A DNA stretch of 64,000 nt from Ruthenibacterium lactatiformans. GTDB taxonomy: Bacteria > Bacillota > Clostridia > Oscillospirales > Ruminococcaceae. A program made the translations under genes and the position numbers. The stretch covers positions 70,831-134,830 of the forward strand of contig NZ_JXXK01000003.1 of assembly GCF_000949455.1 (NCBI RefSeq), given 5' to 3'. Shown piece after piece: positions 45,932-55,906 of this stretch (the stretch's first letter is position 1; every line of letters begins with the position of its first letter). The notes under the pieces are model-generated. The model was not told the DNA's origin. It did no database searches and worked only from the letters and a program-made list of their open reading frames with translations.

Positions 45932-46812
45932 CAGTTTTCCTCCTTTTTCAAGCCCAGCTTCCGTTTCAGCTTACGTGCAGAACGGGCAATGTCACGCGGG
46001 GTAAATTCCCATTCGCCCAGCAGGCCCGAGGGCTTGAAGTTGATGATAAGCAGCACCAACACCGCATAAATGACATAGCGGTAGTTCTGCAATCCGCGCA
46101 GGACCTGCGGCAACGCACTAAGGATGAACGCCCCCAGCGTGGAACCTGTAAGGCTGTTGACGCCGCCGAAAAACACCATGATGACCCAGTCGGCACTTTT
46201 TTTCCAGCCGAATCCAGTGGGATCCACATAAGACATATAAAACGCATACAGACAGCCGGAATATGCCGTCAGCGCAACACTCAGCAGGAACGCAGTCATC
46301 TTGATGCGGATGACGTTGATGCCCATAGCCTTTGCAGCCAGCTCGTCCCCTCTAAGCGCGATGCACTGTCGCCCGTATTTGCTTGATTTGAAAAAAGCCA
46401 CCAGCGCGATAGCCAAAACAGCCGACACGGCGGCTATGGTGAGTGTGGTCTTGCGCGGAATTCCCGTAAAGCCCGAAGCACCGCCTGTCAGGCTGGTCAT
46501 ACGGTTGAGCAGCGCGGCGATGGCCTCGCCGAACCCAAGCGTTACAAGCGAGATATAATCGCGGCGCAGGCGCACCACCGGGTAGCCGATGAGATATCCC
46601 ACCAGCGTGGCCAGCGCCACGGCGATGATGATAGCCGGGACAAGCGGCATATGCGCCTTGACCACCAAAAGCCCCGAAGCATAGGAGCCGATAGCCATAA
46701 AGGCTGCCTGCCCCAGGCTGAACATCCCCGTAAGGCCAGTAAGTACATAGACCCCGGCCACGGCGATAAGCGTGATGAACACCTGCGTAAGGATGTTGGA
46801 TACCAATGCCAT
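45931..46812 (-). CDS. branched-chain-amino-acid-type ABC transporter permease (LivM-like)
   Basis: 293 aa polytopic membrane protein, BPD_transp_2 pattern; translationally coupled to neighbours. Confidence 0.75.
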   Translation of the reverse strand: MALVSNILTQVFITLIAVAGVYVLTGLTGMFSLGQAAFMAIGSYASGLLVVKAHMPLVPAIIIAVALATLVGYLIGYPVVRLRRDYISLVTLGFGEAIAALLNRMTSLTGGASGFTGIPRKTTLTIAAVSAVLAIALVAFFKSSKYGRQCIALRGDELAAKAMGINVIRIKMTAFLLSVALTAYSGCLYAFYMSYVDPTGFGWKKSADWVIMVFFGGVNSLTGSTLGAFILSALPQVLRGLQNYRYVIYAVLVLLIINFKPSGLLGEWEFTPRDIARSARKLKRKLGLKKEEN

Positions 46813-46827
46813 AATCTGTTTTCCCCC

Positions 46828-47700
46828 TTACGCCTTTTCCTGGATGTTGCTGCCTGCGATGCCCTGAGGCCGCACCAGCAGAAACACAAGCATGATGGCG
46901 AATGTTGCAATCGTGGAATAGCCCGATCCCAACATACTCAAAAGTATTGTCTCAGTAAGGCCCAGCAGCACCGCGCCGATGATGGCGCCCGTCAGGCTGC
47001 CCAGACCACCGATGACCGAGGCGATGAAGCCCTTGACGACCAGGCTTCCCAGCGTGGGATACAATGTATATTTGATGCCCAGGAACACGCCTGCCACACC
47101 GGCCAACAAGCCGGAGATGACAAATGTGAGCTGGATGATCCGGGTCGAATCGATCCCCATAAGCTGAGCCGTGTCCCGGTCGAAAGAAACAGCGCGCAGT
47201 GCGCGGCCCAGACGTGTTTTCTGAATCACATAGCCAAGGATGACCAGCGCCGCCAAGCTGATGATGCACATCATGGCATCGCTGGCAGAGATGACCAGGC
47301 TGCCCACCTTGATGGTGGAATTTTTGAAAAAGCCCGGAAAGTTGTAAAAGTTTGAACCCACCTTGATGGTCACAAGGCCCTCATAGAGCGTGCCCAGCGT
47401 AATGGAGGACACAAAAAAATAAGTAGGAGAAGAATGGTTCAAAGTGATACGGCGGAACCCGAAAAATTCGCCGAAGAGCGCAATGACGGCGCCCGCGGCC
47501 GCAGCGGCAACCAGGGTAGCGGTGAGTCCCATCCCCTTGGATGATACCAGAAAATAGGCAACGAACGCTGCGGCCGTCATGGTCGCGCCGTGTGAAAAGT
47601 TGGAAAATTTCAAAACATTAAAGATGAGCGCAAAACCGGTAGCAATCAGCGCATAGACAGAGCCCGTCGCCAGGCCGTTAATCAAAATCTGCAGCGACAT
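46828..47700 (-). CDS. branched-chain-amino-acid-type ABC transporter permease (LivH-like)
   Basis: start MSLQILINGLATGSVYALIATGFALIFNV (typical LivH N-terminus) with RBS GGGGGAGG; the ORF track extension was rejected. Confidence 0.75.
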   Translation of the reverse strand: MSLQILINGLATGSVYALIATGFALIFNVLKFSNFSHGATMTAAAFVAYFLVSSKGMGLTATLVAAAAAGAVIALFGEFFGFRRITLNHSSPTYFFVSSITLGTLYEGLVTIKVGSNFYNFPGFFKNSTIKVGSLVISASDAMMCIISLAALVILGYVIQKTRLGRALRAVSFDRDTAQLMGIDSTRIIQLTFVISGLLAGVAGVFLGIKYTLYPTLGSLVVKGFIASVIGGLGSLTGAIIGAVLLGLTETILLSMLGSGYSTIATFAIMLVFLLVRPQGIAGSNIQEKA

Positions 47701-47793
47701 GTAGTAGCCTCCCCCAAAAACATGGAACGGGCCCCATCGCAGGGGATTCCGCAATGAGGGCCCGTTCCGTCAAGACCGATCCGGAACACCCGA

Positions 47794-48990
47794 TCAGCCG
47801 GCAAATTCCTCCAGCATGACCGGAGTCTGGTTGTCATAGGTGTACATAAACATACCCATGCCGTCGGGCATGTGGGTCTCGGGGTCGATGGTAACGGTAC
47901 CCGTCAGGCCCTTGAAATCCTTCACATTCTCAATTGCAGACAGCAGAGCCGCCGCGTCATCCAAGCCTGCTTCTTCGATGCACTGTTTGGCGATCATCAC
48001 AACGTCATAGCCCAGGAAATACTTGTTGACAGCGCTCACCTTATCCTCTACGGCCGCAGCCATCTCAGCCGTAGTGGGGTCATCGGTATTGATGTTGTTG
48101 ATGTAATAGATATTGGAACAGTCTCCACCGTACGTGGTGTTAAAAGAGGGTGCCGCATCAAGGCCGCAAACAATTTTGCCTTCATAGCCCAGTTCTGTCG
48201 CAGCCGTCACGATGGCCACCAGCTGCTGGGTATAGTTCGGGCAGTAGATCGCGTCCACTCCCGCCGATACAATGGGCTGCAGCAGAGTTTTGTAATCGGT
48301 GTCAGCGGCGCCGTAGGCCACGACAAGGCTGTCATCGACCGTGATGCCGTCGGCGGCGAGCTGTTCAATAAACGGATCCAGCAGAGACACGGAATAGCTG
48401 TTTTCCTGATTGTAAATGATGCCGAAAGTCTTCAGGTCATTTTTCACGGCGAAAGAAGCCATGATCTGGCCCTGGGTCGTGGCACTGGGCTGGAAGCAGA
48501 ACATATTCTTATAGGGGGTTCCGTCCTCTTTCAACTGGCAGTTGGGGTCAAGTGCAAAGCCCATAACGGGGACGTCATAATCCTCAGAGGTCTCCTTGAT
48601 GGCATTGGCGATGTTGGCGACCGGGGGACCGACGATTAACGAAACGTTGTCCACCGTGACGGCGGTGATGTATGCGTTGACCGCTTCCGTCACGTCGCCT
48701 TTGGTGTCATAGGTCTTCATCACGACCGTCTTGCCGCCAATACCGCCTGCAGCGTTAATCTCGTCAACAGCTGCCTGGGCGCCTGCCTGAACGGACATGC
48801 CGAGCGCCGAAGTGGCGCCGGTGATATCCTGCAGGCAGCCGATTACGATCTCTCCGCCCTCCGCAGCGGGTTCGGCCGCGCCGGTACCGGACGCCGGGGT
48901 GCTGGCAGGGGTACTGCTGGAGGTGCCGCCGCAGGCGACCATTGCAAAAGTCATAACGAGCGCAAGAGTAATTGCAAGGAACTTTTTCAT
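47794..48990 (-). CDS. ABC transporter substrate-binding lipoprotein (LivJ/K-like, Peripla_BP_6)
   Basis: MKKFLAITLALVMTFAMVACGG lipobox, Thr/Ser/Pro-rich linker, type I PBP fold; RBS AAAAGGAGAA. Confidence 0.75.
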   Translation of the reverse strand: MKKFLAITLALVMTFAMVACGGTSSSTPASTPASGTGAAEPAAEGGEIVIGCLQDITGATSALGMSVQAGAQAAVDEINAAGGIGGKTVVMKTYDTKGDVTEAVNAYITAVTVDNVSLIVGPPVANIANAIKETSEDYDVPVMGFALDPNCQLKEDGTPYKNMFCFQPSATTQGQIMASFAVKNDLKTFGIIYNQENSYSVSLLDPFIEQLAADGITVDDSLVVAYGAADTDYKTLLQPIVSAGVDAIYCPNYTQQLVAIVTAATELGYEGKIVCGLDAAPSFNTTYGGDCSNIYYINNINTDDPTTAEMAAAVEDKVSAVNKYFLGYDVVMIAKQCIEEAGLDDAAALLSAIENVKDFKGLTGTVTIDPETHMPDGMGMFMYTYDNQTPVMLEEFAG

Positions 48991-49416
48991 GGTGCTATTC
49001 TCCTTTTAAAATTATTTATTGCGGAACCGCAATAATGGCTGGTTCAAAAGGGTTTCCACCCGTTTCCTATTTTCTGCAATCGTTTGCAGAATTTAAAATT
49101 AAAAAAATCCAAGCAGTATGCGCAAACATAATGGCAAAACTCACTTAAATTCTGAGCATATTTTATACTTGATTTTTCACATGTGTCAATACTCTTCTGT
49201 TTTTTTCGGAAATTCGACCAAAACTAAGTATGAAAAGGTTTGCATATCGCCAAATAATATTTCAAATGGTTACAAAATTATCAAACTTATCACCCGCTTT
49301 TGGGAAGCACGCCGCGAACCAGATTCCAAGAAACGAGAGTGGTTCTGTATGCAGTGCCGCAATATTTTCAGAAACGTCCGCTCCTTTCCTGATGCGGGGA
49401 GTCTTTTCCATCCCTC

Positions 49417-49458
49417 AAAAAAACCGGGCCGTTTTTACGGCCCGGCTTAAATATTTTC
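49417..49458. terminator. bidirectional rho-independent terminator
   Basis: AAAAAAACCGGGCCG-ttttta-CGGCCCGG followed by CTTAAATATTTT. Confidence 0.6.
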
Positions 49459-49497
49459 AGCATCAAAAATCGGTCGTTCCTCCCCCCAAAAACAGCC

Positions 49498-50844
49498 CTA
49501 TGCCCCGAGGAGCGAGAGACATTGCGCCAGCGCGCACACGGCTGCCGTACAACCGAACACCCGCCACGGCATCCGTTTCTCCGGCAGCGCGCGCAGCACC
49601 AGCGCGCCCGCGGCCACCAAAGCGAAGGCAAAGAAGAAACCCGAACGCGCGCCCGACGCCCAGATGGACGGCGAAAAGCCCATGGCGCCGTAAGACGCGA
49701 ACCCCGACAGATAGACCGCAACGCCCGCGTAAGCCGCCGCCCCATGCCCCAGCGCCAGGTACAGCTCCAGCGCGCAGGCGAACAGCACAGCGCACAACAG
49801 TAAAAACGGCAGCCAGCGTTTCAGCGTCCACGCGTTGAGCGGTGTGAGCGTCCCCTTTTCCGTCACCGCATCGGCAAAAAACGATAGACGCGGCGCCAGC
49901 GCACGCAGCGGCCCGCCCAGCACACCCAGCACCAGCGCGGCACTTACCGGGAACAGGCTGAACAGCCGGTAAAGCGGCTGGCGGTACCGTGCCCAGACGG
50001 CGCACGCCAGAAGCACGAAGAATACAAAGAACAGAAGATGCGGCTCCAGCACCATCCGGGACATGGCAGCAGAGATCCCCAGCTCAAAATTCTGCCACAG
50101 GGAACGCATGCCGTAATCCTGAAACCAGGATGTCACCTCATTGCCGTACCGCAGCGCTGTGCCCGGACAGGTGAGTGCATAAACGATATTGGCCGCGCAC
50201 AGCCCAAGCTGCGCCCACGCCAGCCAATGGGGCCGCCGATGCGCCCACAGGCACCAGGCCAGGTATGCCAGCAGCAGAAGCGTCAGCAGACCCGCCAGCA
50301 GCTCCATGTTGGCGGCGTACAGGGTAAGCGGCAGCGCCGCGGCACACTGCCATGCCCGCGGCCTGTTTCCCCGCAGAGATTTCCCCAGCGGCAGCAGCGC
50401 CGCCAATGCCGCCAGCAAAGGCCACACGAACACCAGCGTGGTACACACCCAGCCTGCGCTGCTCATATCCTGCCACGGATAGCACAGCGTCAGCCCGCAA
50501 ACGGCCCAGCGGCCCGCAGGGCGGTCTTCCAACCGCGCAAGGCGCACGATGCACGCGGCGCACAGCGTGATGCACAGAGGGTCCGCCAGGCGCCACACTA
50601 TTGCGGGCAGCGCCTCCACGATGCACACCACCGCCTCGATCAGCGTCCGGGCCGACCAGGTATAGTAATGCCACAGCGAAAAATACGCCAGCGAGTATTG
50701 GTCCAGCATGGCGGCATACATAGGATCGTCACCGGTGCCCAGCGTAAATTGCAGGTGCAGTGCCAGCAATACCGCATACAGCGCCACATACGGAACGATT
50801 CGGCTGCGCACAGCGCGGCCCACCGACCGCCGAAGCATGTTCAT
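49498..50844 (-). CDS. large polytopic membrane protein of unknown function (~12 TM)
   Basis: 448 aa, almost entirely hydrophobic helices, Trp/Leu/Ala-rich; first gene of alpha-galactosidase operon tail. Confidence 0.45.
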   Translation of the reverse strand: MNMLRRSVGRAVRSRIVPYVALYAVLLALHLQFTLGTGDDPMYAAMLDQYSLAYFSLWHYYTWSARTLIEAVVCIVEALPAIVWRLADPLCITLCAACIVRLARLEDRPAGRWAVCGLTLCYPWQDMSSAGWVCTTLVFVWPLLAALAALLPLGKSLRGNRPRAWQCAAALPLTLYAANMELLAGLLTLLLLAYLAWCLWAHRRPHWLAWAQLGLCAANIVYALTCPGTALRYGNEVTSWFQDYGMRSLWQNFELGISAAMSRMVLEPHLLFFVFFVLLACAVWARYRQPLYRLFSLFPVSAALVLGVLGGPLRALAPRLSFFADAVTEKGTLTPLNAWTLKRWLPFLLLCAVLFACALELYLALGHGAAAYAGVAVYLSGFASYGAMGFSPSIWASGARSGFFFAFALVAAGALVLRALPEKRMPWRVFGCTAAVCALAQCLSLLGA

Positions 50845-51386
50845 CCCGTCACCTCCGCTGTTTTGCCCGTGGAGGCCAAAAAGTCAAAGCCGCCGACGCG
50901 GTAGGCGATACAGATCTCATATTCCGCAAGCGGATGTGCCAGCACCTTTTCCGGAACGACCGCCGTGAAACCGCCCAGGGCATAGCCGCGCCCGTCCGCC
51001 ACTGCCGCGGTGGCCGCTTCATCCGGCGTCATCTGCGTGGGAATACTGTAATAAGCGCCGTCTTCCGCATGATACAGTACCACACGGATATCCACATCTG
51101 GAAACGGCTCTCCCTCCACACAGGCCCAGCCTGTGAACACGGCGCGGCCATCCTCCCGCGACACCGCCGCTTCCCAGCGGAACCCCTCCGGCGCCGCGCC
51201 TGGATAATCCGCCGGGTCCACCGGCCTCACCGCCGTCAGCGAATGGTACAGCGCCAGACAAAAGCCCGCCATGCCCGCCAGCACCAGAACAGCCAGTGCC
51301 AGAACCACACGCGGGCGTGCGGGTACAAAGCCGTCGGGGCCCGGCGCAGGCGCACGGCATGTTTCCTTTTGCGCGTTCCCGTCCAT
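50841..51386 (-). CDS. membrane-anchored hypothetical protein
   Basis: single TM (VLALAVLVLAGMAGFCLALY) then ~120-aa extracytoplasmic domain; start overlaps upstream stop. Confidence 0.4.
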   Translation of the reverse strand: MDGNAQKETCRAPAPGPDGFVPARPRVVLALAVLVLAGMAGFCLALYHSLTAVRPVDPADYPGAAPEGFRWEAAVSREDGRAVFTGWACVEGEPFPDVDIRVVLYHAEDGAYYSIPTQMTPDEAATAAVADGRGYALGGFTAVVPEKVLAHPLAEYEICIAYRVGGFDFLASTGKTAEVTG

Positions 51387-51440
51387 CGGGACACTCCTTT
51401 TTTCACAGTATGGATGCGGCCATCCAGCCGCGCCGCCGCT

Positions 51441-51845
51441 CTATTTCCGGCCGCCGAACAGATTTTTGAAGAAATTCACCGGGCCGCCATAGCCGTTGGC
51501 CTTATCGTTTTTCAGCTTGTCCACACACTCCCAGCGCGCGGGCCTGCCGTCAAACACAAGCCCCCCCTGCCCCGCGCCCGTCAGCTGGTGCGGCACCTCG
51601 TCCCGGGCGTTGGTGACATTGCATTTTGAAAAATCCCATTGAGGCACGCCGGTATCGTCCGCGCCCGGCGCCCACAGCTTGAACACCAGGCCCGCTGCTT
51701 CGCCATAACAGAAGCGCTCGAACAGCAGGCGGCCGTCCCGGTATACCGTGACGCGGTCGCGGTAGCGCTGGTGCCCGGCGCGCTGGTACCGGAAGCCCGC
51801 GCACTTCGCGGCCTTCACATCGGCGATGATGGGTGCAAAATCCAT
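51441..51845 (-). CDS. hypothetical protein (134 aa)
   Basis: start MDFAPIIADVKAAK with RBS GGAAGGGGAAA; no recognisable motifs. Confidence 0.35.
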   Translation of the reverse strand: MDFAPIIADVKAAKCAGFRYQRAGHQRYRDRVTVYRDGRLLFERFCYGEAAGLVFKLWAPGADDTGVPQWDFSKCNVTNARDEVPHQLTGAGQGGLVFDGRPARWECVDKLKNDKANGYGGPVNFFKNLFGGRK

Positions 51846-51846
51846 A

Positions 51847-52287
51847 CTATATTTCCCCTTCCTGTTGCCGCCCCTGCGGGGGTGCGTTTTCAAAACGGCG
51901 CGTGGCTTCGCGCTCGCGCTGCAGCTCTTCCAGCAGTGCCAGCACGCTCCATGTCTTGTTGTGCTTCGTCACAACGGCTTTCAGCGGAACGTGCACGCCC
52001 GCTTCCCGCAGTGCGTCCAGCACCGCATTGAGCTGAGGGCTGGTAAAATTGCTCATGAGAAGGAGCTGCGCATCCGGCGCTTCCCCACTGTAAAGCGGAG
52101 CGGCTTTCCCGCCCAGGCCCGCCAAAGCGCCCACCGGCTGGAGCAGCTGCTCCGGCGCGATCTCCTTGGATGAAAAGCCCTGTTCCTCCAACGCCGCGCG
52201 CACGCCCCGGCCCGTTTCCGTGGATTCGGGCAGACCGTACAGCAGCGCCAGCGGCCGGGCCGCCTGTTGGTTGATGTGTGCTTTCAT
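51847..52287 (-). CDS. hypothetical protein (146 aa, DUF3783-like)
   Basis: operon position between YaiI and downstream genes; weak resemblance only. Confidence 0.3.
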   Translation of the reverse strand: MKAHINQQAARPLALLYGLPESTETGRGVRAALEEQGFSSKEIAPEQLLQPVGALAGLGGKAAPLYSGEAPDAQLLLMSNFTSPQLNAVLDALREAGVHVPLKAVVTKHNKTWSVLALLEELQREREATRRFENAPPQGRQQEGEI

Positions 52288-52727
52288 TCGTTTTTCTTCC
52301 CTTCGTCCAGCATTGCGCTCAACGCGCGGCGGAAAGCTTCGTCGTCGGCCAGCGTACGCTTTGGCACGGGCGTATAATGCCCGCGCCGCCGCGCTTTTCC
52401 GTTTTCATGCCGTGTGTATAACAGTTGTTCTATATTACCGTTTGTATAAAGAAGGCCGTTCTGATTCAAGCATCGCGCGCCGCGGCCCAGAGCCATGGCC
52501 GCCACGCCGTAGTCCTGCGTTACCACCACATCCCCGGCCCCGCACAGCGTTACAAGCTTGAAGTCCACGCTGTCCCGGCCTTTTTCCACCGTGACCACAG
52601 CGGCGTAATCCTCGCGCAGCACATGGCTCGTGTCGGTGAGCATGGTCACCGGCACGCCGCGCCGCCTGGCCTCCTCCACGATGATCCGCTTCACCGGGCA
52701 GGCGTCCGCATCCACCAGCACCGTCAC
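52284..52727 (-). CDS. YaiI/YqgV-family protein (UPF0178)
   Basis: MTVLVDADACPVKRIIVEEARRRG characteristic UPF0178 N-terminus; 147 aa. Confidence 0.7.
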   Translation of the reverse strand: MTVLVDADACPVKRIIVEEARRRGVPVTMLTDTSHVLREDYAAVVTVEKGRDSVDFKLVTLCGAGDVVVTQDYGVAAMALGRGARCLNQNGLLYTNGNIEQLLYTRHENGKARRRGHYTPVPKRTLADDEAFRRALSAMLDEGKKNE

Positions 52728-55084
52728 AGCGCGCCCTCCTCCCCGTTCGTCCGCAGCGCGGCGTCCACCCGGCGCAAATAATAAACGCGGGATGAGAAAT
52801 CCGGCATCAGGCGCACGTTTTCATTGTAGCCCGTGCCGGTGAACGCCTGCTTCTGCCGGATGCCCGCGTACATGAGCAGATCGCCGTAAGCAGCATAGCG
52901 TTCCGTCTCGCAGGGCATCATGTAGCGGTCGGCCACCGCGTGCATCAAATGGCCGCCCGCATTCACCTTCACGGGCAGTATCTGGTTGATAAGGCTGCCG
53001 AAGGTACGCACGTCGACGACCTGCGGCCGAACCTCCAGTTCGTACAGAGCATCCTGCGCAAGGCCTGCCAGCCGCAGGGGCGGCTTTTCCGCGTTGGGCC
53101 GCAGCAGACGCAGGTACTCGCCCACCACGGCCTCGCTTCCATCCGGCGCAAGCATCATCCACTCGCATTTGTTTTTTCCGAACGGCGGGCACAGCCGCAA
53201 AAAACGGCCGTACTGGAACAGGCGGCGGTGCGCCTTATAATAAGCGATCTGCGCCGCCACGGCCTTCTGCTCGGCCGGTGTGAGCCGGCCAAGATCCAGC
53301 TCATAGCCCAGCACACCGAAAGCCGCCACATTAAACCGGCTCTCGATGGGGCTGGTGCGCGCCGTCTGGTGGTTGGGCGAAGCCGAGACATGACAGCCCA
53401 TCACGCTGGGTGGGTAGCCATAACTGGTGCCCGCCTGAATGAGCTGCCGCTCGTAAGCGTCTGTATCGTCGCTGGTCCAGATCTGCGGCATATAACACAG
53501 GATGCCCAGATCGAACCGGTTGCCGCCCGAGGAGCAGCCCTCGAACAGCGCATCCGGGTTTTGCTCCACGATGCTTTGCAGCACGCGGTAAAGCCCCAGG
53601 ATATAGCTGTGGGAAAAGCGTCCCTGCTCCGCCAGAGCGGGGCTGTAATTGTCAGAGATATGACGGTTCATATCCCATTTGACATAGTCGATGGGCGCGC
53701 TTGCCAGCGTGGCGTTCACGTTCGCAATGATATAGTCCTGCACCTCGGCGCGGCACAGATCCAGCACATACTGGTTGCGGCCCGTGGCGGGAACATTGCC
53801 CGGCGTTTGGACGATCCAGTCCGGATGGGCGCGGAACAGGCCGGAATCTGCGTTCACCATCTCCGGCTCGAACCACAAACCAAACAGCAGCCCCAGAGCG
53901 TGTACCTTTTCCGCCAGGCCTGCAAGGCCGCCGGGCAGCTTTTTGCGGTTGACGGTGTAATCGCCCAGGCCCTTTGCGTCATTGTCCCGTGCGCCAAACC
54001 ATCCGTCGTCCAGCACGAACAGCTCCGCCCCCAGCTTCGCCGCGTCCTTTGCCAGTGAGAGCAGTTTGCGCTCGTTAAAATCGAAATAGGTGGCCTCCCA
54101 GTTGTTCAGCAGCACGGGGCGGTCTTTTTTTGCCCATTTGCCGCGCACGATGTGCTCCTGCACAAAAGCATGCAGGTTTGCGCTCATGCCGTTTTTGCCC
54201 GCCCGGCTGAAGGTGAGCACGGCTTCGGGCGTTTCAAACCGTTCACCGGGCGCCAGCGTCCATGCAAAGCCTTCGGGCTGAATGCCCGCGGCCACGCGCG
54301 TTTTCCCCCAGGGGCTCACCTCCACACAGCCCATATGGCTCCCGGAATAAACAAGGTTGAAGCCATATGCGTCGCCGTTGAATTCCGTCGCGTCCGGCGC
54401 GCACAGCATGAAAAACGGGTTGCAAAATGCCGACGACGCACCGGTGGTGCTGCCGAACACATGCGCTCCGGGCGTAAGCGGAACGCACGCTTCGTGGCGC
54501 TCCCGCGCCCACGCGCCCGGAAATGTGGAGAGCACATAATCGCAGCCGGGCAGGTCCAGCTGATAGCTGAGCGCCTTTTCCAGCGTGACAGGCGCGTCTG
54601 CGCCGTTTTTTATACAAAGGCGCCGCGTGATGACGTCGCAGTCCGGGTACACGGTATAAAACAACGTGACAGCCACGCCCTCCGGCGTGGAAAAGTCCAG
54701 CGCCAGCGTCTCTGCTCCGCCCCGGGCCGCAGGCATGCCCTCCGGCGGGACACTTCCCTCCAGCCTGCGGGCGCATACAAAGGAAAAATCCGCCGTACGC
54801 GCGCCGCCCGGCATCACGAGCGAAAGGCTCTGGGCACGATAATCTCCCTTTTGCAGCGGCGACAGCTCCAGACACAGATGCTCCAGCGAAAGCGGTGCGC
54901 TCTCAGCCCGGTACACCACGTCGCCACCATATCCGATATCCGTTTTTTCCCGCAGGGGCACGGAATTTTCCACGCGTACCCGCGCGCCGTAATGCAGGTT
55001 TTCCACAAGGCCACCGCGCACGCCCAGATAATAGCCCGTGTTGGCCGTTTCCAGCGCGAACCAGTCCCCGTTTACTGTGATCAT
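52724..55084 (-). CDS. alpha-galactosidase (GH36)
   Basis: 786 aa; GH36 motifs LFVLDDGWFG, KWDMNR, catalytic region CSSGGNRFD. Confidence 0.85.
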   Translation of the reverse strand: MITVNGDWFALETANTGYYLGVRGGLVENLHYGARVRVENSVPLREKTDIGYGGDVVYRAESAPLSLEHLCLELSPLQKGDYRAQSLSLVMPGGARTADFSFVCARRLEGSVPPEGMPAARGGAETLALDFSTPEGVAVTLFYTVYPDCDVITRRLCIKNGADAPVTLEKALSYQLDLPGCDYVLSTFPGAWARERHEACVPLTPGAHVFGSTTGASSAFCNPFFMLCAPDATEFNGDAYGFNLVYSGSHMGCVEVSPWGKTRVAAGIQPEGFAWTLAPGERFETPEAVLTFSRAGKNGMSANLHAFVQEHIVRGKWAKKDRPVLLNNWEATYFDFNERKLLSLAKDAAKLGAELFVLDDGWFGARDNDAKGLGDYTVNRKKLPGGLAGLAEKVHALGLLFGLWFEPEMVNADSGLFRAHPDWIVQTPGNVPATGRNQYVLDLCRAEVQDYIIANVNATLASAPIDYVKWDMNRHISDNYSPALAEQGRFSHSYILGLYRVLQSIVEQNPDALFEGCSSGGNRFDLGILCYMPQIWTSDDTDAYERQLIQAGTSYGYPPSVMGCHVSASPNHQTARTSPIESRFNVAAFGVLGYELDLGRLTPAEQKAVAAQIAYYKAHRRLFQYGRFLRLCPPFGKNKCEWMMLAPDGSEAVVGEYLRLLRPNAEKPPLRLAGLAQDALYELEVRPQVVDVRTFGSLINQILPVKVNAGGHLMHAVADRYMMPCETERYAAYGDLLMYAGIRQKQAFTGTGYNENVRLMPDFSSRVYYLRRVDAALRTNGEEGAL

Positions 55085-55274
55085 CTTCCCGCCTCCGCCG
55101 TTTATTTTGTTTCTTTTCTTTCTTATTATCTATTATGCTGGTTTTCTTTGCCTTCGTCAATGTCTATTTTGAGCGATTTGTCAATAAAGCAGCACAAAAC
55201 TCCATGCACTTTGCCAATAGAAAAACACGGTGCAAGCGGTTATAATAAAGACAGAAGGAAAGGAGTGAGTCCCA

Positions 55275-55319
55275 TGTACTCGACTGAAGAACCCGTGCAG
55301 TCGGTGCAGGGCGTGTAAC
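55275..55319 (+). CDS. 14-codon ORF (MYSTEEPVQSVQGV) with near-perfect RBS at the 5' end of an orphan plus-strand transcription unit
   Basis: AAGGAAAGGAG 7 nt upstream of ATG; TATAAT -10 element ~25 nt further upstream; unit ends at terminator 55844-55878. Confidence 0.25.
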
Positions 55320-55843
55320 TCGGACGAACCGCTAAAGTCAGATTCGATTAGATGCAGTTTGGTGCCCGGTGTTGCGGGACGAGAAACCGCAGGAGATGCG
55401 GCAGCCAAACGTTTTTAGCAAGGTTTCGTCTCAAGAGGATATGCGCCTTGCACGGATAAAAAGCACAGCCAGTGGCTTTGCGCAAAGCGGCTTTGTAAAG
55501 AAAGAGCTCTATGCAGGTTTTGAGATCCCGGCAAAAGAAACAGCAATGATCCTACGAAAGGCGCCTTTTAAAAAGACGGCATTCCGGAAGCAAAGCGAAT
55601 TCTTTCCAAGGAATACGGTTTCAACCAAGCAAACGATCTGGTAAAACAAAATAAATACGACGAAAGGTATTGGAACCAATGCACTAAGCAAGTGTTCTCG
55701 GGAACTTTTTCAAAAGTAAGAGATACAGAAGCCTGTGTTTCGGAAATACGGGAAAGGAACCAAGACCCATGCAGTTTTAAAGCGGGGTGTATACCCCAAA
55801 TGCTTCCAAAAACGTAAGTTGCATTGAGAACACAACAAAACAT

Positions 55844-55878
55844 GGAGCCGCAGCGCCTGTTGGCGCTGCGGTTTTTTC
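55844..55878. terminator. bidirectional rho-independent terminator
   Basis: GAGCCGCAGCGCC-tgtt-GGCGCTGCGG followed by TTTTTTC. Confidence 0.6.
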
Positions 55879-55906
55879 ATGCCCGGATAACGCGGGCACG
55901 GCGGCT

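Noticed and set aside
49118-49450. 110-aa ORF in the AT-rich intergenic region
   Set aside because: No RBS, sits in promoter/leader DNA of the minus-strand operon, and has a low-complexity Phe/Lys/Asn-rich translation.
55369-55644. 91-aa Lys-rich plus-strand ORF inside the orphan transcription unit
   Set aside because: Candidate ATG codons have Shine-Dalgarno sequences abutting the start (0-2 nt spacing) and no family resemblance; kept only as part of the non-coding unit.
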